Assembly: GCA_973895155.1 (NCBI GenBank)
Contig: OZ316896.1
Location: 11,420,730-11,484,729 of the forward strand
From: Marsupella aquatica
Taxonomy: Eukaryota; Plantae; Marchantiophyta
Length of the DNA: 64,000 nt
Direction: 5' to 3'
Shown: positions 12,504-23,423 of the stretch, in pieces
Layout: the number at the start of each line of letters is the position of its first letter
Numbering within the stretch: the stretch's first letter is position 1
Made by a program: the position numbers and the translations under genes
The notes under the pieces: model-generated
What the model saw: only the letters and a program-made list of their open reading frames with translations
What the model was told of the DNA's origin: nothing
Database searches by the model: none

Positions 12504-15500
12504 TTGAAAAGCGGTTGTAATCGACATGGGGAAATCTGCTTGCGCTGGGCTGAATGAATAATCGCCATGTTCTGAAAAACCTAACGCGACCAAAATCATG
12601 TCATCCTGCTCTGCTGCGATCTTCCATATGTACAGACACTTGGAAAAGCGAAGTCTCCCATTTTCATTCACAGTAACATCTATGTGAACAAGAGCAATGG
12701 CTGATGCCAATAGCACTATAACCGGAAGATGAAGGATGAACTACGGCTATGGAGTGTCGCCTAAAGCTCTCCACGATTATCCAAACTTTGCATTTACTTT
12801 GCTTCAATGAAATCTCAATATGTAACCGAGGTCGTCGACACGGATTGAAAGATCACAGCAAGTCATAAACAATCATATGCAACAAAGAATGAAGCCTGCA
12901 ATGGAGGTTGGTAACTATCGATCCTGCCGGCGTTTGACTTTGCAGACTACGCCAATTTTTACAACTAAAAACTGAGCCTCAAATAGATGTCGGGCAACTA
13001 ATCACTGTTGATTTCGTAGCAAGCATGGGGTGAAATTCCGGCACAGACGTCCTTTGCAAAATTCCTTGCATAGTCTACATATAACAGAGGTGTATTTTGG
13101 TTGTTCACCATATCTCTTGAGCACCGCGTCTAGTGGCTGGATAATGCACTTTGGTCCAGGAGTAGCAAAAGCAACAACGGAAAGGTGAGAGCTATTCCGA
13201 TTTACCAGCACTCTGTGGAGAACACTGTGTGATCTCCCATTGCTCATTATCTGCAGGCATCGGTATAGCAGAAACAAAGATTAATACCCCTCACCTTCAA
13301 GAATGGCAAAGATAGCAATAGACTGGCCAGCGAAAATGACAACCCGTTATAACACAGACCCAAAATCGTGCAGCAACTTCAACGAGGTCATATTTAATCT
13401 CGAAGTTCTCATCTGTTTAGACTATTATATTCTTACCACGTTTACAAACAACAACAAGTTCAACAGAACATCATGTACAGTGATGAGGAAACACGTGATC
13501 CCAGAATGAACAACCAGGTAAGGATTAGCAAAGAGAGAGAAAGGTCATGGGGGAAGTGTAGGTAACCTGTCCTCAAGAACTCATAAATAACCTTCAATAC
13601 TTGGAGTGCGAAGCTGGGACTGCGAGCCATAAGAATTAGACAAGGTCGCTTTAGAGTGTTCAGGACAAGCTCTTTCCTAGATCCTCCAACCCTGTCCCCG
13701 AACTGAGCAAAGAGACAATCCAAAATCACAAATATGGAGCCCTCTGTCGTGCACAATCTGTGAATTCTGCACCACCTGGGGAATGCAGCTTGTGCAGGAG
13801 CTGTGGACCATCATTTATGTGGAACCTACAGTATAAGGATCCACTTTTCAGATCTTTCCGAGCCTGCTGCACAGTAAGCACTTTATTCCCATTCCCTCGA
13901 GCTGGATTCAGACATTCAGTTCTGTCCCCTAAAAATCCCCTCAAACTCGTGCAGATTGACAAGAAACATTCTTCTGCTCTGATCCTTAGCAGAAGTCCTA
14001 TAAATTGATCAACGCAAATTACCCCACATGGCCAGGCTCCTGTCTGTACAGAAACTGTGCAAATTGTCAGCTGATCGATCTCCACCTCGTTGTGGGCACC
14101 TAGACAACGTCAGTTCCTCTGTAGCAAGACTCTCTTCCTGCACATTGCGGTCGAGCATCATCATCTTTGCAGGTAGAGGTCATATGCCAGAGGTGGCGCC
14201 ATATTCTAGCCAACCATTGGTACTACTGAGGGAGGGAAACAAAAAATAAGATTCTTGCCAAGAAGAAGTTCACATTGGGAACAATCTTACTTCAAAGCTC
14301 AACACATGACCGTGACGGTGGTTCGTGCTTACTGCCGAGAGGATAAAAGAATTCCAGAATGCATCATGAAGTAAAGCGAGAGTACCTCAGCAATAGTTGC
14401 AAGGAAATTTGCAGAAGATTTCCGAAGCTCATCTGAAAATTTAACTTTGTGACTGAGAACGGCCACCGCTCTGAACAAACCATGCACAGCGCATAGAGGT
14501 GGTTGATTTTCCGGACAAGTGAAAACGACGTCAATTCGAAATCCCAGCTCGAAATCCCCTATTCTTCATCAATACTTGATACATCCAAGGCATAAATCCA
14601 AGAGACACAACTAATGACGCTCACAGCAATAAAGCATTTCTTCTGTAAAATCGTTACGATGCTCTAAACTGTACTCTAAATGAAGGATGAGAAATACTCA
14701 CAAGCGCCGCCTTCATAGAAGGACCGAGAAGAGATATAGCCCAATATTTCCATCGCCAACTTGTGCCAGACATGCACATACAACACCGGTGATAGCACCA
14801 TGCCTTGCCGAATCTTTAGTTCCAGATCCTCGTCATAATGGCATGCGCATCTGTATCTTTGAGAGAAATGGCAAAAAAAGACCAGCATAGCGCAACTGCT
14901 ACTGTATGAACGACCGATTTTATGGATTGCTCTATTATAAGCTGTGATTGCATAGTCGAGCTGTCACACTCTGGAGTCTCTACTGGCAGATTGTGCTTGA
15001 TTTACGTCTCTGCTCATTGTCGATGACCAATGATGTTTGCACATTGCTGAGCAGAAGATATGACTAGCTTAGCAGGACCGCAACATTGTGCTTCATTAAT
15101 TTTGAACATTCATCTAAAACCACATGATGTCCGTGAGCACAATAGCCCCATGAGTTATATCACCGATACTTAGCATCCTACCTATGCGACGAGCTCTACG
15201 ATAGGGGAAAACATTCTGCTTCACGGAACCTAACTTTTCCCGACCTTCTCTATCCATCCTGTAACCATTTCCACAATGTTTGTGAGTATAGTGAATCGGC
15301 GATGCTTCTCCTTCCTTTGGCCATGCACTTCAAGTTAGTCGTAGATGAGCTGGTCAAAGATGAGTCAGGTAGTTCCCAGGTGTAGTGATCATTTTACACA
15401 TAATGACACGATAGGGTCAACATGGTTTACACTAAACGGGAGCCGGCTAGACGGATAGTGCATTTCTCGGTTTACACCGAACGTACAGGGTCGGGGCAAG

Positions 15501-15955
15501 ATGGCATGATTTACACACAATGTACACGGTAGCGGCAAGATATGTTGGACAAATCCATTGATGTCACAATTGAGAACGAGACATGGGCATGGAAAGGGAA
15601 GTAGCCTCGACTTGTCCCAGAAGGTGATAGTCTCACAGCTTTGATTTTAGAAGCTGCCAACAATGAGGGCACTTGCGTGGGTGAAAGGTAGATTCAGTGA
15701 GAGAGACCACCCACTTTTTTTTGCGACTTTCCGTCTAGTAAGGCATATGTTTTCGGACTTGCCATGTAGCAAGGCACTGACTTGGGTCAAATACAAGGCA
15801 TTTGCATTTGTTGCGAGGGACGGTATGAACCTACTAACTAAACTCTTGCATCTTTTTCCATAAGTGCAATTATTTGACCATGGTACTAAGCAAATATAAG
15901 GACTTCTATATTCATTTGTTGCTGTTGTATTGTTTTGGTTGCCAGAGTAGGAGAA

Positions 15956-18900
15956 ATGGTCCGTCAACCACAGAGGATTGATTATCATCGAGTTGGGGCC
16001 AATATTACTGTAAGTCATATACGTACATACCATGACTTACAGGGTGCCCTCAACATGTCCCATGGGAGGGTGTTGGCTTGGCTGATGGATGGTATGTCCA
16101 TGCAAATCATTGCTGCTATTAGCGCTCATCGTAGACGGGATGAAGAGGAACTAACAGCATTTGAGGGTCCCAAGGACTTTGGATGGATAAATGATGAACA
16201 CCTTGCTAATGAAGAGGACTTGGGAACATTTGGGATCATTGCCGAGGTACTTTTTTCATTCTACTTTCAAGATTACTTTCTTTCACTAATCCTTGTTTTT
16301 CTATGTTCTCATTTGAGTACACCTATTCTAGCATCTTTTGTTCTGTATTTAAAAAATTGGGGTTATCCAAAATGTAGAGGTTTTGTCTCTGGTATTGTTG
16401 TTGACACATGTTTTTATTTTTTTCTTGCAGCCATCTTGTGGTGCACTGTCATCCATTCCAAATGGTGATGAGTCCATTCCTAACGAGGCATCTCCTTCAA
16501 ATGAAGAGCACGATAGTTCAGACTTGAACACTACTGCATTTGACCACATCGAGTCTGGGGAGGAGGATGCAGACCACATTCCGGATTCCAACATACACGT
16601 GGACATTGGTTCTATGATATCCAATTCCCAGGTAACTTTTTTTAGGGTTTTTAATCCATTTGCTTTGTGTTACATTTGTTCCATAAATAGACAAGTCATG
16701 CAAATGAGAAACTTTACTTTACATAAAAAATGCATTCATTTTATGTAAACCTTAGTGCCTTCAACTAAGAAACAAATATTGCATCCTAAACTCTTAACAG
16801 ATGTCAAATGAGGATAGAGCCATTCGTTTGCTGGAAGTGGCTGATCCAACTACATTTGGATTAGACAATATGGTTTTCATGGATTGTGGATTTGAAGAGA
16901 ATCACACTCAGGTATTGTATTTTTTAAATTCACAATGTTGTCCTTGAATGTCATTTGCATCAATTCATAGTTATAATTATATCTTTTCTATTGTGATAAT
17001 TCTTTACATAGTTAACTAATTATTGTGTGCTTTTCTAGGCATCTACTTCTTCGGAGCAAGTAGAAGTTGACTCTAGTTTGGATTTTGAGTACGAGCCATC
17101 ATCTCAAGAGAATACAAACGAGTCAGACCCGGAGAGTCAGATAGTGGAGTATGCTTTTTGGCAAAAAAGCAAGGTCCATGAATTTTTCCAGGAATTTTGT
17201 GTGCATTGCCGTGTTGAAGGTTGTGTTGGTAAGTATTCGGTTCAGGACATTGTGACCCACCATCAGTTATGGATATTGAAGTTAAAGTGCCCAACAGGGC
17301 ATACACAATCTTTCATGACTGGAGAGAATGAACTTCATAGAGGTATGTCATCTGCTCAAATTAATACTATTGTTTTACTTTTGAACCAATCTTTTTTAAT
17401 ATTATGTGTTTCCTTTTTAAAAGTTTATAAAACCTTGTTTTATTGCTGAATATAGGTGTACCTGCAATCACTGGACTAATTTACCACTCCGCTCTCTCTG
17501 CTGGTCTAACACACAACATCATATGTGAACTATTCTCTCACATTCAAATCCATGTTCCAAGAAACACCCATTGGTTTCGATTTCAAAATGGAGCCCGAAG
17601 AGATATTGGATGGATTGCAGCAGTATTGCAAGTCTGGAATGATAAGAAACAAAGGTTGCAACAAAGCCTAGCAGAAAGAGATGGTAAGTCGATCTTCTCT
17701 ATAGTGCAGCATTTGTTAGTTAGCGAGATTGATTGATGAATTTATGAATTTAGTATATATACTAGGTTATTAGAGCATGCATGTACATGTTGGTTTCTAA
17801 ATATTATTTTGTGGAATTGTGATAATTGTAGGTTCCACTCCAATTATTTTATATGTGGATTGTCGTTGGGACTCATCACGTTCTGGATATCATGGCACTG
17901 TTCCTGTGATAGACGTGGCAACCAGTAAGGTAGTAGAGCTTGTAACAATTGATCGAGTTGAGGCTGGGAATTCAGGCGCTATTGAGGCAATTGGTGTTCG
18001 TCGTGCCTTGCAACATCTTCAGGATGTTGGAGTTACAATTAGTGAGGTTGTTCACGATGATAACAACACAGTTGATGCTATTCTTCGTGAGCTCAATGTT
18101 GATAACTAGAAGGATCTATGGCACAAATGTAAGAATCTTCTGAAGCAGTTTAACAAAGAGCTAGCAAATGTGAAAGAAACAGCACCTGCTGGTGGGATTG
18201 ATGGTGCAATATCCTTGCAAGAATTGAGCAGATTCACTGTTCAAGTGTTGTCAAATTGGTGCAAAACCCAAAATTTGAGGCATACAGGTAATAAGACAGA
18301 GTTGGTGCAGCGCATTGGAAGACATAGAGGGCTTCCAGAGGAGGATATCACATTGCACACCAGGAGGCAATTGAAGTATCCAGAACTCACAGAGAAACAA
18401 CTTGGTGATAAGTTGAAGAGTTGGTTCTACTATTGTTGCTGCAATGCAAAAGAAAGGTACTAGGATGACAACTACAGTATCATGATTGCATTGAAATTAG
18501 CATGAGCAATGAACTATTTACTTATTTGAACTAAGCTAACTCTCAAATTATATTGTGATGACTACTTACTATCAGGGGAAATGATGATGCTACCATGTTG
18601 GCTAGGGAGATCATCACAGCAGCTGATCATTGGGCCGGTAACCATGAACCTTGCAAACACTTTCTTCCTCGCAAGTGTTGTGAGGAAGGTGCAACTTATA
18701 TGCCATACTATGCCACAGGTACTGTGTATTGATTATTAAATTTGGTTGTAACTTGTGTATTTATGAGATGAATAATGTGTTAGGATTATTAGCTAATCTT
18801 TTGCAATTTCTAATATTGTCAAATATATGTATTGTTGTGGATTTTGCAGAGGGTGCTACGCATAGAGCTTTGAAGCAATGGTTGCATAAGAACGTTACTG

Positions 18901-19211
18901 CAGTCAACGTTCGCTTCTACACTAGAGCCCGAGCTAACTTTTTTAGTGAAACATTTCATGGCAACATCAACAAATATGCTATGAAGAGGATTCACTTTTC
19001 CATGACTCATGAAGCCCGCATGGCATGTGCTGCAATGTGCTGGAATGAAAACATTGGCCGAGAGGTGATACGAGTTCGAACACGGCAGCCTAGTAATACT
19101 TGTACCCGTCAACGTACATCGAGGGTTCGTGACCTTGTTCCTAGAAGCATCAAGTGGAAGAAAGACGTGGGCCATATCATATTTGGAAGAGGTGTAGACT
19201 ATGATTTTTGA
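15956..19211 (+). pseudogene. Kolobok/Mutator-like DDE transposase, 8 exons, about 754 aa, one premature stop
   Basis: In-phase GT-AG exons: 15956-16246, 16431-16631, 16801-16911, 17039-17342, 17456-17683, 17832-18456, 18576-18718, 18850-19211. Motifs: Zn ribbon CVHC..CPTGH; YVDCRWDSS (D1); VVHDDN (D2); DLWH; HWAGNH..C; SETFH (E); KYAMKRIHF..ARMACAAMCWNEN. One in-frame TAG at 18107-18109. Confidence 0.85.
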
Positions 19212-19629
19212 TTTTTTATACATTTATTTTGGTTGAAAACTTCCACCCTTGTTGTGCATTTGACATTTAGGACATATGTAAGTTGTAAGTTTTACTATAT
19301 TCATTTGTCATATTTTGAGTCTCATATATTACCTGGCTTGCCATTTTTATATTTTTGGCAATAGAATATATATTTGTAGGATGTGAAAGTTCGGGCTTAG
19401 CACCATCAATGAAAGTTATTAGTTATGTCACCGTATTTAAACGTTGGGGAATGGCCATGGACCAAGTGTTCCTTAATTACTTGCCCTGCCTATGATATAA
19501 GAGTAACATGTAGCATGGCATTTCATTGCAAAAAAAACTTAGTGGATACATTGCAAATACTTTTAATAATTTAACAATACTCCAAAGGGGAATTGAACCC
19601 CTCATGCTGCCATCCAGTAGGAGTTCCAA

Positions 19630-20030
19630 CCCAAAGGAGGGGAAGGAGGCACAAGCCAAACAAACACAAAAAACAAGTAGCACAAAGAACCCACACAATG
19701 ATAATACTAGGAATAAACAAATATATATATTAAAAATCAGAACCTCAAAAAACCAAATGCGGAAACCACGATGGTGTTTGCCTCACAAATCCCAAGGATT
19801 TAGCAGTGCAATTGGGAGAAAGAAGGAGGCACATGCCAAACAAAGAAAATGAAATAGTATAGTAGAACAAACAAAACTTGGGACAATAAGTAAGCATGGA
19901 TGAAAACATAACTACAAAGCCTTAGAGCACTAAAGGCATACACCAACATGGTGTTTGCTTAGCAACTCCCAAGTTATTTACACTTGCAGTTGGGAAAGGA
20001 AAGGAGGCACATGTGAAACAAACATGAAAA
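19630..20030. repeat. Degenerate repeat of about 180 bp, 3 copies, between the two convergent transposon genes
   Basis: aaggaggcaca(a/t)g..aaacaaac at about 19643, 19823 and 20001; atggtgtttgc..cccaag.atttag at about 19771 and 19948. Confidence 0.65.
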
Positions 20031-20117
20031 AAACTGGTGAAAAAAAAACACATGAAAAATTAACTCAAGTGATGAAAGAACGATGATGAAATGATAAAAA
20101 AAACACAACTAAGAAAC

Positions 20118-20919
20118 CTAAAATCGGAAACCCACATGTTGTTCGCCCAGTAGTTCCCACGTGGACTGCACTGCAGCTGTGACAGCTGCTGGGAAGGGTG
20201 TTCTCTCCGCAAAACTAGCAACACATGCTAGTTTGCGATACACAACATACCTTTGTCGACGAGGAACAGTTTCAGTGTATGCCCATGCGGCACACATATG
20301 AAACGCTTCAGCCGTCACAAGGGAAAGAACCTGGGCAGAGTTGAGGTCGTGAAGGTTATCGTCTATTGCTGTGCAAAAAACCGGGAACCTAGCAACTATG
20401 TCAGCATGCCTCAACAATCGGAATTTCCGACGTCCCGGTGGAGGAACAGGCCATGATAAGTGATATATGTCATCTCCATAGGAGATCAACTCCGCCGGTC
20501 TCTTCTGATGCTGGGCACTCCTACAAAACATAGGAAATTGAACACATGTAGTTAGTATCCCTAGAAAAGTAAGCCAGGTAATTGTTGTTAGATGGAAGTT
20601 ATATTGTACACCAAATTGAGCAACAACAAGCAAGGTTTATGCGTGCATGAAGGAAAGTCAATTATAAACAAATTCACATATTTTGCCAAGGTAAGCAAAC
20701 TATATGGATGCAAACTGGCCACACGGAAATGCAAACATGACCAAAGAAGAATATGAAGGATAAGTAGCAAGTTTTATGCATGCATAATTAATTGAGGGCC
20801 TTCGGTCAGTTGGAAGAGAAATTTAAAATTGTAGGCATGCTTGCTTGAATGTACCTTGAATTATTCATGCCGATTGCAAGGTGATAGATAACCCCTTCAA
20901 TAACTGGGGTAAGTCTACT
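20118..20919 (-). CDS. KolX-like protein (P2X7 C-terminal ballast-like domain); last two exons
   Basis: Exons 20919-20855 and 20520-20118 join in phase (AG|G). The C-terminus RYVVYRKL..ERTPFPAAVTAAVQSTWELLGEQHVGFRF fits the R..AYR..R..LP.C...IR..FP...G.Y.GF pattern. Possible further, partly decayed 5' exons lie around 21380-21880. Confidence 0.6.
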
Positions 20920-21316
20920 CTGAAGGGATGAGAACAACAGAACGGCAGATCGAAGAACCAAATGAGCGAACGACCAAGGAACAGAGCAAATGAGGCCGAT
21001 CGAAGAACAAAATGAGCGAACGACCAAGGAACAGAGAAAATGAGCTACGTGAGTAGTTCGTGAGTAGTTCGTGAGTAGTTCAAGCATGCCCTTCTTCCTC
21101 TTCTTCCTGGAGTGTCCTAAGTAAACACAAGGACTAGGCTAGCGCACGACCAAGTTTAGCTAGTGTACTCGAAGCATGCCCGCCCTTCTTACTGGAGTCG
21201 CAAAGTGTTGAAAACAGTGAGAAGCGCGCAGTACAACCAACTACACAATTTTGGTCGTAAACCCAAAAAGCTAGAACCGATTATGGAAGTATAGAGCTGT
21301 GAACAAGCACAATAAT

Positions 21317-21370
21317 TAGGCATGGGAACAAGCACAGTAGGCATGGGAACAAGCACAGTAGGCATGGGCA
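21317..21370. repeat. 21-bp tandem repeat, about 2.5 copies
   Basis: taggcatgggaacaagcacag is repeated. Confidence 0.8.
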
Positions 21371-23239
21371 AGGCGTTACTATGAGCGTCACTGGCCACAG
21401 TAGCGCAAATTGTTTGTTAATAGGATACTTGAATTGACACAGAGGATGGGCGCCCGGATGAGAGGCCAAGTAATTGAGTGTGATTGGCCATAGAAAGATT
21501 TGTAGCAGCATTCCGGATTTGCGTGTGGTTGATGCACTCGTCCACAGGTATACAAAGACCTGTGCAGAGAGTGTATTGGATAGATGTTGCCCAAGTAGTG
21601 GATTGACAGAATGGGAAAACTTGATGTTCACTTCCTATTATAACGAAGCGCAGGGGGCAATTGAGTTGAAGATCCTAAAATGAGCCAAACTAGTTATACT
21701 TTTCGGCTGGCAAGGTTGGTACACCATTTTGCAGAGTGAATGGTAATTAGAGCTTCAATGTAGAATTCCTGAAAGTTGATCACAGGCACTGTCGTTACCT
21801 CGAGAGGGATTGAGAATTTTGACGCACTCTCTATTGGGCTAGTTGTGAGTCCCAGTAGCAGCATATCGTGGTGGTCCATCCATTCAATTTCGGAGGGTTA
21901 TAATCACAAGAGATCGAGCTTACTTGGTTGACTTAGTGTTATATGTCCTATTGTTTCAATAATCTCTATTGCGGTAGTCAATTCCTGCGGATTATAATCA
22001 TGAAAGGGCTACTTTGACAGGATCAATGCTCTTATGAACAAAGAGGAGTGCGAAGGATCAATGCTCATACGATTTTGATCCTGTCGATGTTATCCGCAGA
22101 AGTCGCCACAAATAACAAATCCGTCCGAGGGAGAGAGGCGGGCGCTGGAAGGTTGCCTGTTGACGCACAGCATGGGGATGGCGGAGACCGCTCTCCTCTG
22201 ATAGAATGACGAGATTCAATTAGAAGTGTTCGCCATGGTGGAAGCGCTTGCGCACATGGCAGTGATGGTGGACATGTGGTGTCACTGGTGATTCATGTCA
22301 AGTGAATCTCTCGGCCAGGGATTTGGACCAGAAGCGGAGCGAGAAAGAGGGTTCTTCCGCAGTCGTTCTTGGCAGATCGATCAAGGTTGTGGTTGTTCAT
22401 CAAGATCGGGGAGTTTGAGTGAGGTCTCACAGTCTTTCACCTTCGATCTCTGGCCTTTGCGGCGACGACAGAAGAGGTACTTTAGAAGGGAGGGAGGGAA
22501 TGCAAGAGTGTAAACGCGTTACATAGTAGTTGTTAGTTGCCCAAGCTGCTCATCAGTGAGAATTCACGCCATGTTTGTGCTGTGGTGTGTAACTCAACTA
22601 TTGCAACCTGCAATTACGGTGTGAACATATACTTACGTTTAGGGTCCTGAGCTCCCAAAGAGTCATTTCCGTTCCTATTGACGTTCTTGTGTATCTCAAT
22701 AGAAAGGTTCTCTACTTGCATTGAACGAAATGGACAGACGTGCTTGATCTTTTATGTCCTATTTTGAGTGCTCCTGCGCCAAATGAGTGCCCACTCCCAC
22801 TGCCGACTATCATCACAAGAGATGCCGTGAAGGGACTCCACAATTCCTGCTCTAAGGCATCGAGCTCCGTTTGTGAAATCTGGTCACCTCACAATCATTT
22901 GAATCTGTAAAGTTGAGGTCGATGTGTGACATCGCTGATCAACTATGCTCTACACACACACGCAGCATGGGAGGAGTAAAGCATCTCTGCTCTGGACACT
23001 GGCCTAGGTGGGCGAGAGGGCTTGCCCACCTAGGCTTCTGAAAACTTGCACCCTCCGTAAAACGAGTAGACTCTGTGACAGGTGTAGAGGTGACCATACC
23101 AAAAAGTGACCCCGCCAAAAAGAATCGGGAATGCCCGGAGCTGAAAATTTGTCTATATTAAGAAACCTGGTATAACCAGGTTTTTGTAGTGGACCCGAAC
23201 ATTATTTTTTATAGGGGTTAAAAAATATTGTAGTGGACC

Positions 23240-23423
23240 CGAACATTAGGGTCTAAAAATTGGATTAAAAAGACCCTAATGTTCTTATAAGTCTCAAAAT
23301 TGAATTTAAAAGACCCTATTGTTCTTCTACAAAAATTCTTAAGTCTTCCCTTAGAACCAATAAAATGACCATATCCTTCGTCGCACGTGATATGCCATTT
23401 TTGTGGAAGTGAAACCCCCAAGG
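23240..23423 (-). repeat. Dispersed repeat; inverted copy of 44077-44250, a probable transposon terminus
   Basis: The reverse complement reads ccttgggggtttcacttccacaaaaatggcatatcacgtgcgacgaa..aacaatagggtcttttaaattc, closely matching 44076 onward. Homology stops at CCTTGGGGG in both copies. Confidence 0.8.

Larger units (their letters stand above)
15367..22648. mobile_element. Kolobok-type DNA transposon (transposase and KolX-like gene, tail-to-tail); ends tentative
   Basis: Convergent transposase (+) and P2X7-C-terminus-like gene (-). Subterminal TTTACAC motifs at 15393, 15426, 15471 and 15510 face inverted GTGT(A/G)A(A/C) motifs at 22508, 22587 and 22619. No convincing TIR or TTAA TSD was found, so the boundaries are approximate. 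Confidence 0.65.

Noticed and set aside
12900-14400. Overlapping 80-120 aa ORFs
   Set aside because: No recognisable domain or consistent exon chain.
19580-19640. tRNA-like T-arm (AGGGG TTCAATT CCCCT) on the minus strand
   Set aside because: No acceptor, D or anticodon stems at the correct spacing.
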